Shown here: one piece after another, positions 1 to 10,051 of the stretch
Numbering within the stretch: the first letter of the stretch is position 1
Layout of the letters: each line of letters opens with the position of its first letter
The notes under the pieces: generated by a model
Databases searched by the model: none
The model's input: the letters and a program-made list of their open reading frames with translations, nothing else
Told to the model about the DNA's origin: nothing
Translations under genes and position numbers: made by a program
DNA from: Octopus vulgaris
Lineage: Eukaryota
Direction: 5' to 3'
Assembly: GCA_951406725.2 (NCBI GenBank)
Contig: OX597825.1
Location: 38,378,001 to 38,442,000, forward strand
Length of the DNA stretch: 64,000 bases

Positions 1-1330
1 AAAGACAACGCCACTATCACAACTTATATTTATTACAAAGGCACAGATGCACAGATATGCCTAAATTTCAAATCATGTCACCCAAGACATCCCGTACTGA
101 CTAGCCAGGAAAATCAGTTCTATAGTAGAAGATCCAAATACCAAGAACATACAACTTATAGAACTCAACGTGTTCCTATTCAAGCAAAAGTACTCTCACC
201 TGCTTCTAGAGAATAACATATTACGATTAAAATAGTTACCTATAGAACAACTTAGGGCAACACGAGAAATACGAACCCATCCACGGAACGCAATGACATT
301 TCTAGTAACACAAATATACATCACCAAAACATTTTAACATAATTAAAACAAATTTGCCAATAATGAAACAAAGTGAAAAAACTTTAAAAAGGCTTAATGA
401 CTCATTAAACACTTATCTTAAACAAAAGGCAACCGCATAACCTAAAGAAACTAGCAACTAAGGCCAAATGCAACATGGAAAAACAGAATAAAGCATTCAC
501 AGTATAAAGCGTAATGATAACGGGTTTATAACGTGTCACTACATGCATGTTAGTAGATCCATTAGAACAAAAAAGTGGACAGATTTTTGCAAATGCAGAT
601 ATGAACTGCAAAAGCAGAAATTTGGCCTACTGCATTTAGTGACCTAATTGCGAGGAACTATACACTGGCAAGACGGGGAAAGCATTACCGGAACGCTCGC
701 AAGTCCACAGACAACAAATTCGGAACACTAATGTTCGCGAAATCCCATTGAGCGAACATAGAAGCATGTGGTCAAAAATTGTTTCTAGTGTTTGCTTTCC
801 ACAATCTACGTAACAGAATTAAGTTTGTAAGAAAGATAAAAGAAAAACCTTTTATTAATATGTTCAACCCTGTTCTGAACGGAAATAACAACAATAATAT
901 AACAGCCAATTAATGATGTGGATTGAAAAATAGCTTTAACATATGAATATAAACAAATTACTGAAAACTCCCACCAACTGAAATAAAAACGATCGAAACC
1001 AACTAAGTTTGCTCACTCATAAAATCATTACAAGTAAACCGTAAGATAATAAAGGCGGGATCTATGCCAGTATTATCGGTGCATCAGGAATGACGTATAA
1101 GCTGCATGCGGATTGGTCAAAACTGTATTTAAAAAATTCAGCTTCTTGAAACTTTCTCAGATGTACAAAAAGGAAGAAGTCAGTCATTTTACTATAGTTG
1201 TCATAAACGCAACTGTCAGTTAAATACGTTTTGAAATTTGATGATTACCACGAACGTATGAAAGCTCTAATTGATCTTTAGGTACCTTACAAGACATTTT
1301 TTATATAATACTTAACACACATCATACGTT
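1..1330 (+). mobile_element. Degenerate Penelope-like retroelement, 3' part (RT thumb, GIY-YIG endonuclease, 3' UTR); runs off the window start
   Basis: Broken + strand translation gives YYKGTDA..LNFKSCHPRH, YCI..PNCEELYTGKTG, VHRQQIR, IPLSEH and KEKPFINMFNPVLN, collinear with the intact PLE protein at 10-12 kb. It contains many stops and frameshifts. Confidence 0.85.
1235..1272 (+). ncRNA. Decayed minimal type I hammerhead-like motif in the PLE 3' UTR
   Basis: aat-TTGATGA-t-tac(cacgaac)gta-t-GAAA-gctc-TA-att. The core order is right and it sits where a PLE 3' hammerhead is expected, but stems are short and the core has U3/G8. Confidence 0.4.
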
Positions 1331-4300
1331 CATTAAAAAACTTGTAAACCAGACCATATCATAACTTTATTCAACTGATGTATTATTCTATAGACATGTA
1401 CACAGATTCGGAAAATATATATATATACATATATACATACACATATATACTTGGAATAAGTATAATTATTATTTCTGTGATATGCTATATTTGATTGATT
1501 GAACATTACTCCATTATCGAGATATATTTTTCTGGATGCATTGTCACACACATTATATATAATAGTGATATATAAAACGTTGGGATTCCTAGATACTGCA
1601 TTTCATGCGCTCCCATACGGATTAAGCGTAATTTCAGCTTCAAAATTATTATCAAACAAACAGTTTTATTTGGTTGTGTGTGCATGTTTGTGCATGTGCG
1701 CGTTGATATGTTTTGAAATTATTTTTCCAGAAAAAAATTGTCAAAGGAATAAGATATCAAATAGTGAATCCCGCCTGTTTTCTTGATTTATGTATCAAAT
1801 AATAACAAACGGCAAGTTTATGAACCATTATTTTACTTGAGATGAATTATTGGTGAAAAGCTGAATATTTCAAGTTAAATACCAATATCAACTCTTCAAA
1901 AGTAAAAACGATTTAATCTTCATTTGAAGATATTTCAAAAGGTAAATGTGTTATTTATTTGGATAAGTTTTAATGCTAAGAATAGATGATGGTCATTTAT
2001 GATATTACTCCTTTAAGAATGAAAAACCGGTTTGAAATACCATCCCATTACGCCCTATAGTATATACCATTTTATTGGAGACCAACAGATTAAACTTTGG
2101 CATATTGTGATTAGACACAATAAAATAATTACAAAGACCACTATTATACTGTTGTTTTAACTCACGAGTCTAAACACGCGAGTCCATTTTCTTATTAATA
2201 ATTACAAAAGATATATATATATATATATATAAATGTTTCAGTCCGTCCATATGATGTTTATATTACGTATTTATTTATTCACAGGAAATATTTTCTCACA
2301 CCGATATACAATTTGCAATATCGGATAAGGGCATTTGATATCTGGCGTCAATAATCCTGTATCTAGAAATTTATGTGTAATTCTAAAGTCATTGTGTGTA
2401 AATTATCTTTAGGAATTCTCGCTGGAAAACAAATTACTCGACGTATATGATGTGTAGCTTAAAAAAAGTCACTGGATCTCCCTTGGAGTCGTCCAGTTGA
2501 TAGAAATGTCTCCGTGCAGTCTATACTATTATAGGAAAATATGTATCAGGTACAAGCGAGATAACAAGTGATTTCTTACTTGAGAATGCCGATGTTCAGC
2601 AATATAGCTACAGAATAATCAGTTCCATACAGTTATACGTAATTGTATAGTCAACGATTGTTAATAAATCATGTTCAATATTTCTATGATGATGTCCCTT
2701 GCTGCGATACACAAGAGGAGATTCACAACATAGAGGTGTACACGAAACCTAACTTAACAGATGGATTTCGAAAACCTATGTTACATTGAATACTGAGGAA
2801 TTACAGACCGACAGACACTAATGCGCACGCAAGCTGACACACAAACACATACACACCACTGTACACATATATTCACACGTTACGTACATACTTATATATA
2901 TACCAAAGTGTGTATATATATATATATATATAAATATATATATATGTATAAATATAGATGTATGTATATATATATATATGTGTGTGTGTGTTTGTGTGTG
3001 TTTGTGTGTGCGTGTGTGTGTGTGTGCGTGTGTATGCATCGTCATCGGCCCATCCGTATTGCTGAGTATCAGTTTTCGTATGACGGTGCCACTAAAGGCT
3101 TACAAGACAGATTTGTGACTGAAACAATACTCAACAGAGGCTAAATTTTATGGTCGGTAGTCACCTTAGTTGGAGTTAGCAGATTCAACTGTTAATTTTC
3201 ATTTCTTCGACTGCTTTTGCAAAATGTATTACGCCAGAATCGATGGTGGGACGTTACGCCGATCTGTCTACTACATTGCTCCCAGAATTTAGAATAAATA
3301 TTGTTGCGCTTGATCTTTTGTTTCAATTGGTCTTTGTTGGGTCACAGTGGAAACTAGTATGGTATCTTGCCTGTAATTAGTTCGCTGCAGAAAATTTGAA
3401 TTTGCATTTTCGTACTCTTTAATGTCCAAGGTTTTGAATGTTCCGGCGCCACAAATTTTACATCTCATACCCCTAGAGTATGGTGGAAACAAATATGGCC
3501 TTATGCATCATGAGCTTTGTTTGTAGGTTGAGCTTCATATAACCAATGACAAGCAGAAAAATTATCCAAAGCGGCATGGGCAGCTCGGATAATCTCAACA
3601 ACTTTCTCGATATTACATAATATGCAGACAATGCTTCCGAAGTGAAGAGACTGATGAATTTGTTCCAGTGCTGTGTTGAAAAAGAAAATGTTTAAATCTG
3701 GAAGGACGGAGTTTGAATCAAGCTGTGCAAGTTGCTTGTTGTTGAGTGTCAGATCGAAGCGATCATATGTATTTTTGATTTTGTTAACAGATTCCTACAG
3801 TTTTGGGTGGGAGATTGAGCTGGTAGCGCGTTGTTGTCGGCATGCTGCAGTGTAGCACGAATTTGGGTACGTTCTAGAGTAACCATGGAAGTGTTACTTT
3901 TTTCTACTCTAGTGATTCGAGAAGTATGGCTAGAAAGTTAAGATGGAACAAGGTATGGGCATATATGCAAACTTGCTTTGAGCCGTTGGGGATCAAAAAT
4001 CGTTCCAGAATATGTTTCTTTATGACATCTGCCTGTCATGCCATTGTGTAATTTCAGGCTGGGTGCAACAAAAGAATCTGGGCACCGAACCTCGTCAGAA
4101 CCTTCCGAAGAACTATGCATTTTAGGCTGTTCGAGATGATAAAAACACTCCAGAGTTTCGATATTTAATGACCTCGCACAGTTCAGTACAGACAAAGGTA
4201 CACTCATATTAGAGTAAGGTAATGCTAACCTTTTGTGATAGTGAAATTCAACTATTCTTTTTATATATCAAGTTAACATACACAAGTTAACATATATCAA

Positions 4301-5112
4301 GTTAACATACTCAACAAGACGAGGGAGCTATGGTAAAACTGCTTACATAATAATAATAGATGTACATTCGAACACTTGCGTGTTATGTAATATGGATATA
4401 CACCTTAAGTATTCCCTGTGCATGATTATTTCCTCTCGTGTTGTTGTGTATAAATCTGTTAGAACTGGAAATTATTACCACGTGTTTTATAATTCTCAGT
4501 TAGAAATTCATTATATTATTATCTCATTAGTACGTAATCTTACGTATAACTTCATACGTATAGTTTCCATCTTCTTTATTATCTTCTCTGTCTTATTTTA
4601 TCTTATTCAACATCTGTTATTTGTTTATAACCATTTATTATTTATTACATCGCCTTTCTTCTATCATCGCTGATCGATGCATTTCATTCTATTTTATTTT
4701 ATTCAACTTTCATTTTTCCGATTATATCTGAACTTTATATAGCCCTATAATGTATAAGCTATGCATATATGATTTACAATGTGTGCATGCACAGGGAATA
4801 TGTAAATATATCAGGGTGTGTATGTATAAGTGAACGTGGATTTGCATGTGTAATCGTATATGGCTATATGGAAGTATTTGCCTGTGTTTGTGACTATGTA
4901 TGTTTGTGTAAACATATATATATATATATATATATAGATAAGAAAGTTTGTTTGGTAAAGCACGTGGGTGAATATATAAGAAAATAGTAAAGTGTGAAAA
5001 AACGACAGAAGGCTTAAATGTTAAAAGATATATATATTTGTGTCAAAATGTCTGGAGAATATTGGAAAAATTTTTTTCCTTTCCTTAAAATGACATAATT
5101 TTTAAATTTTTA

Positions 5113-5152
5113 AAGAAATTACCGGTTTCGCGTGTAGCTTTTCAAATTTCTT
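5113..5152 (-). ncRNA. Minimal type I hammerhead ribozyme, U3:A8 core variant (copy in the inverted unit)
   Basis: Reverse complement reads AAGAAAU-UUGAAAA-GC(UACAC)GC-GAAA-CCG-GUA-AUUUCUU, identical to 8454-8493. Confidence 0.75.
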
Positions 5153-5288
5153 GTGACGTTATGTTTATATTGCATGGATTTATCGTTGTTTTTATTTCCA
5201 GGAGATTTCTAAATAAGGGGAGGTAGTGAGTGATTTTTTCCGGTGTAGGGGAGATAATCGCTTAAAAATTTTTTTTCCCATTTCCTTG

Positions 5289-7612
5289 TTAATTTCTCTG
5301 TGTCAGTATGTTCGGATGGTTGAGTCTGGGTTTGTACTTTTCAATGAAGAATGTTTCCTTGTTCAGTCTCATTTGTGTTGATGATCCGAAAGCACATTGG
5401 TAAAATGGGAAGATTAAAAATTGTGGCAGTAGTTGCTTTGCGCATTTCTCAATGTGCTCACTAAAAGGTATCATTCTATATTCTGGGAATGCAATCTGTT
5501 GTCGATGCAGTGTGCATCTGCGCCTGAGTGATAGTCCCGTGGAACCCACGTAGTCTTGGTGGCAGCCCGAGCATTTAATAACATAAATTATGTTTTCAGA
5601 GGCACAAGTAAAGTTAGATTTGATCTTAAATTTCTGTCCTTCTTTAAAGAAGAATTCTGATCCTTCCAATAGGTTAGGACATGTTGCACAGTTCGATCTA
5701 CCACATTTTTTTACTTTTGCATCCGTAATTTTAGAAGACAATTTTGCCTTTGTGAGAATCTTTTTAAGTGATTTAGGCTGTTTGTAGCTTTTAATGATTT
5801 GGTGTATGTTTAGAATTTCCCTTAATTTTGGGTTTTTATGAAGTATTGGTAAATTCTGGGTGATGATGGTGAAGGCTTCTTTGTTTCTGGGGTTGTATGT
5901 AGATATGTAAGGTAGTATTTTCGGGGAAGGTGTGTTGTTGTGTTGAACTTTTCTTAAAGTTTCTATGTTGATTTCTGTTGCACGTCTGATCCCATCCTCT
6001 ATGAGTTGAGCTGGGTAATGTCTGTCAATTAGGGTGTTTTTGAGTTCTTGCAGTCTAAAGTTCCTGGTATTTTGTTCTGACACTATTGTGCATATCCTTC
6101 TTGCAAGGTTGAAGGGTATGTTTGTTTTAGTGTGTCTTGGGTGGCATGAATTAAAAGAAGGTATTGTTTGGCGTCTGTGGCTTTGTAAAAAATGTCTGTT
6201 TCTATTTTAAGGTTAATTTTTTTAATTAGTATATCCAAGAACGGGAGCTCCTTTTGGTTGTATTCCATTGTGAACTGTATATTTGGGTTTATGCTGTTCA
6301 ATAGGTTTTTAAATTTTAGGAGTTTATCTATGTTTTCATTCCAGAGAATGAAACAATCGTCTAGGAATCGTTTCCAATTCTCTTTTATGTATTGAGAGAG
6401 GGAGTTTCCAAAGATTGATAGAGATTCCTGGTAAATGATTATTTCCATGTATCCCATTGTTAAGTTCGCAATGACTGGTGCTGCCCTTGTACCCATAGCA
6501 ATTCCGGATTTTTGACGGTAAAATGTATTGTCAAACATGAAGTGGTTATTGTGTAGGATGAATTCAATTGATTTAGTAATGAATTCCTTACTGATCCTTT
6601 TTGGTATTTCTTCCGGAAATTGGTCTAACCAGAATTGTATTGCCTCCAGTCCATAATTATGAGGTATACTGGTATACAAGTTGACTACATCAAATGAAAC
6701 CAGGATTGTTTCTTCCTTGGTTTTTTTTGGAAGGTGGTTTAACATATCTAAGTCATCTCTGATATGGCTATCGATATGTTTAAGGAAGGGTTTCAAGAGG
6801 ATGTCCATAAGTAGACTTAGTCTGTGTGTTTCACAGGTTGGGCCAGCTACAATGGGTCGTAGTTTTAGGTCCCCCGGATTAGCTGTGTGTATGTATGTCT
6901 TTGGTGATTTTTTAATGGTTTCATTTATAATTTGACTTTTATGAATTTTTGGCAGACCATAGAAAAGGCTAGGTTTGCATTTAAAGTTTGTTAGGAAATC
7001 AATCTCTTTGGTTGTCAGTTCCTTTTCATGGGTTTTAATTAGTGAAGATAGAGTTTTCATTATTTTTTGTGGGGTGTAGTTGGTAATTTTTTCATAATGT
7101 AGGTCTTCATCAAGCAAGGAAATTACAAGATTTCTGTAGTATGATGTATCCATTATTACAACTGCATTTCCCTTGTCCGCTTCCTTAATGGTTATATCTT
7201 CATCATTTTGGAGTTCTATCAGTTCTTTCCATTGTGTATTGTTAAAATTTGGGTTAGCTTTCTGTTTATGTATAGTATGGTAGGGGAAGTTCTCAATGTG
7301 GTTACAGAATTCGTCAAGATCTTTATTTCTTCCTCTGTGTGGGATGTGTTCACTTTTGTTCTTGACAAGTGATTCATCTTCAGTATTGAAACTGTTTGAT
7401 GCTTCTGCTAGTCTTAATTTTCTGCAAAATTCTGTTATATTATCCTTGAGTTCATTTAGGTTTGCTCTGCGTGGAGTTGGTGTAAATTTGAGCCCTTTTG
7501 CGAGGATGTCAATTTTTATGTTAGAAAGAGGTTTGGTTGAAAGATTGATTATCTTCGGTTTTTCCTTATTACTAGGTTCCAGCCTGTGTCCTGGTGTCCC
7601 TGGTCCCTGGCT
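5289..7612 (-). CDS. PLE ORF2 (reverse transcriptase + GIY-YIG endonuclease), inverted copy; one 1-nt homopolymer indel near 6153
   Basis: Motifs IINLS..KGLKFTPTP, ADKG, YGLPKIHK, LRPIVA, SFDVVNLYTSIP, GIAMG, RFLDDCF, FLDI, CGRSNCATC and IIYVIKCSGC..YVGST. Confidence 0.93.
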
Positions 7613-8102
7613 AAAAAATGTTGGGTGTAATTTTGTTTGTATGAGTTGTCTGTGAGGTTGTGTGGTATTTGGTCGGGGGAGTGGTGGTATTGTTGCCTCC
7701 GATCGTTGTGTGTGTGTGGGAATCTATGGTTGTTAATGCTTGTGGTGTGTGTAAAATTTCTGTATGGGGAATATTTTTGTTTCGAACTTCTTGTATGTGG
7801 GATGTTGCTTGACATTCTGTTTCTTTGCGTTTGTCTTGTGTTTAGTGGGGACCAGTAGTTTTGGTTCATGGGGTAGTAGTGATTTGTGTGTGGTGTATTT
7901 CTTATCCTAGTGTCGTATTGTGCTGTATGGTGGTTGGGTCTGGTATTAGGATGTTGTTGGTTTGTTCTGTTTTTGGTGTAATTTCTTTCATAGACGCGTC
8001 CTCTTTCAGCTAGTTCCCTGTTAGGTCTAGCGTGGTTTGTATAGGTTGGTTGTGGGTGATTTCTGTTTTTAGTGTATGGAGGATAGTTGGGGGTTGTTCG
8101 TG
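7549..8102 (-). pseudogene. C-terminal half of PLE ORF1 in the inverted copy (5'-truncated)
   Basis: RTTPNYPPY...NLVIRKNRR* is identical to the C-terminus of 8684..10051. The N-terminal residues of the listed ORF are antisense pLTR sequence. Confidence 0.9.
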
Positions 8103-8680
8103 ACAACAGATTGCATTCCCAGAATATAGAATGATACCTTTTAGTGAGCACATTGAGAAATGCGCAAAGCAACTACTGCCACAATTTTTAATCTTCCCAT
8201 TTTACCAATGTGCTTTCGGATCATCAACACAAATGAGACTGAACAAGGAAACATTCTTCATTGAAAAGTACAAACCCAGACTCAACCATCCGAACATACT
8301 GACACAGAGAAATTAACAAGGAAATGGGAAAAAAAATTTTTTAAGCGATTATCTCCCCTACACCGGAAAAAATCACTCACTACCTCCCCTTATTTAGAAA
8401 TCTCCTGGAAATAAAAACAACGATAAATCCATGCAATATAAACATAACGTCACAAGAAATTTGAAAAGCTACACGCGAAACCGGTAATTTCTTTAAAAAT
8501 TTAAAAATTATGTCATTTTAAGGAAAGGAAAAAAAATTTTCCAATATTCTCCAGACATTTTGACACAAATATATATATCTTTTAACATTTAAGCCTTCTG
8601 TCGTTTTTTCACACTTTACTATTTTCTTATATATTCACCCACGTGCTTTACCAAACAAACTTTCTTATCTATATATTAAA
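8102..8680 (+). repeat. Pseudo-LTR (pLTR): duplicated EN C-terminus + 3' UTR placed upstream of ORF1, acting as the 5' leader
   Basis: Direct repeat of 12096-12625 plus an extension of about 50 nt also present at 4929-4980. It contains the 61-aa EN fragment 8131..8316. Partial-tandem pLTRs are an established PLE feature. Confidence 0.93.
8454..8493 (+). ncRNA. Minimal type I hammerhead ribozyme, U3:A8 core variant (5' pLTR copy)
   Basis: Stem I AAGAAAU/AUUUCUU (7 bp). Core UUGAAAA replaces CUGANGA. Stem II is GC/GC, followed by GAAA and stem III with the palindrome ACCGGU. Predicted cleavage is after GUA (8486). Confidence 0.78.
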
Positions 8681-8695
8681 CACGTGAGAACGAAA

Positions 8696-10051
8696 ATGCC
8701 ACAGAAGTCAAACACCTCGGACAAAACCTTAAATGAGGACATACTCAAAGAACTGAAAAATATTAATTCACAGCTTCTTAACCTGAACAACAAAATCGAG
8801 GAATCAAACTTACTCGCCCGGGAAAGTAAAAGCAATGAAGATGCAACCCGTTACACTAACCAGGTGAGTAAGGATCTACAACTGTTATATACAACACTGA
8901 ACTCAATTTTTATCAACAAATCCGAAAATAATACACAGGCACCTAATGAAACACAGCAGGACACCATACGCACCCAAACCAACCCAACAAAAAGAAAAAT
9001 AGGAAACGTTTGGAATACAAACCTGCACAACAGAAAACTCACCTTCTGGAACATGATAAAAAATTCCAACAAAGCAGATATCTACGAGGGATGGATAAAC
9101 TCAACACCAATTATCCTCCCACGCAAATTCCAGATAAAATTAATTCCTAACGAGCCTGACGGACAGAGATCTATTAGAGAAAAGTCAGCTCTGTTCAATT
9201 TTAAATCAGAAATAGAGCTTCTAAGACTCAGGGCCTCCACAAATGAAGAAAAACTTAAAAGCATAGACGAGGAGATGCACAATCAAATACTTAAATATAC
9301 CGAGGGACAACCCCTCGATAATACATTGGATCACTGGAAGGATTCCTGTGAGAGAGAAGAGAGAAATTCTCTCCTACGCTGGGAGAAAAACATAGACTTC
9401 TTCCAAAAATATAGTGAAACCTTCAAAAATGAATTGGGTACAAATAATCCCTTCCTTAAGAAAATTACAATAAATAAAAAAGAAAAACCTAACAACCCAC
9501 GAACAACCCCCAACTATCCTCCATACACTAAAAACAGAAATCACCCACAACCAACCTATACAAACCACGCTAGACCTAACAGGGAACTAGCTGAAAGAGG
9601 ACGCGTCTATGAAAGAAATTACACCAAAAACAGAACAAACCAACAACATCCTAATACCAGACCCAACCACCATACAGCACAATACGACACTAGGATAAGA
9701 AATACACCACACACAAATCACTACTACCCCATGAACCAAAACTACTGGTCCCCACTAAACACAAGACAAACGCAAAGAAACAGAATGTCAAGCAACATCC
9801 CACATACAAGAAGTTCGAAACAAAAATATTCCCCATACAGAAATTTTACACACACCACAAGCATTAACAACCATAGATTCCCACACACACACAACGATCG
9901 GAGGCAACAATACCACCACTCCCCCGACCAAATACCACACAACCTCACAGACAACTCATACAAACAAAATTACACCCAACATTTTTTAGCCAGGGACCAG
10001 GGACACCAGGACACAGGCTGGAACCTAGTAATAAGGAAAAACCGAAGATAA
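8696..10051 (+). CDS. PLE ORF1: 451-aa protein with predicted coiled-coil N-terminal half and N/Q/H/R/P/T-rich low-complexity C-terminus
   Basis: Uninterrupted ORF with first ATG at 8696 (aaaATGc), directly after the pLTR. It has heptad-like segments ILKELKNINSQLLNLNNKIEESNLL and EIELLRLRASTNEEKLKSIDEEM. No catalytic motif was recognised. Confidence 0.88.
   Translation: MPQKSNTSDKTLNEDILKELKNINSQLLNLNNKIEESNLLARESKSNEDATRYTNQVSKDLQLLYTTLNSIFINKSENNTQAPNETQQDTIRTQTNPTKRKIGNVWNTNLHNRKLTFWNMIKNSNKADIYEGWINSTPIILPRKFQIKLIPNEPDGQRSIREKSALFNFKSEIELLRLRASTNEEKLKSIDEEMHNQILKYTEGQPLDNTLDHWKDSCEREERNSLLRWEKNIDFFQKYSETFKNELGTNNPFLKKITINKKEKPNNPRTTPNYPPYTKNRNHPQPTYTNHARPNRELAERGRVYERNYTKNRTNQQHPNTRPNHHTAQYDTRIRNTPHTNHYYPMNQNYWSPLNTRQTQRNRMSSNIPHTRSSKQKYSPYRNFTHTTSINNHRFPHTHNDRRQQYHHSPDQIPHNLTDNSYKQNYTQHFLARDQGHQDTGWNLVIRKNRR
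9982..9988 (+). promoter_or_regulatory. Candidate -1 programmed ribosomal frameshift slippery site U_UUU_UUA joining ORF1 to ORF2
   Basis: ORF1 codons CAT TTT TTA place the X_XXY_YYZ heptamer in the correct phase. The -1 frame is open from 9868 into RT with no ATG until 10447. The site is identical in the inverted copy (7612-7618). Confidence 0.65.

Larger units (their letters stand above)
4929..8102 (-). mobile_element. Inverted, 5'-truncated copy of the PLE (starts inside ORF1 at the position equivalent to 9498)
   Basis: ORFs 7549..8172, 6083..7153 and 5289..6083 reproduce the + strand proteins. The junction ...gggttgttcgtg/acaacagattgc lies at 8102. Confidence 0.96.

Noticed and set aside
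2818-3144. ORFs rich in YI/HT/CV dipeptides here and at many other sites (23k, 25.5k, 27.5k, 37-39k, 43k, 52.7k, 56.5k)
   Set aside because: They are translations of (TA)n/(CA)n microsatellites, not genes.
3050-4220. Complex-sequence block that looks like a decayed coding or TE sequence; includes CTGATGA at 3651
   Set aside because: No motif I could assign, and the CTGATGA lacks flanking hammerhead stems.
4264-4310. Three copies of CAAGTTAACATA
   Set aside because: A short local tandem duplication with no unique spacers, so not CRISPR-like.
7296-7858. ORFs antisense to the PLE ORFs (also 5590, 6192, 6681, 8851-10304 minus, 11204)
   Set aside because: Shadows of the strongly A/C-biased coding strand, duplicated only because the element is duplicated.
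7549-8172. 207-aa ORF crossing the inversion junction as a novel chimeric gene
   Set aside because: Its N-terminus is antisense pLTR sequence with a non-ATG start, fused by chance to truncated ORF1.
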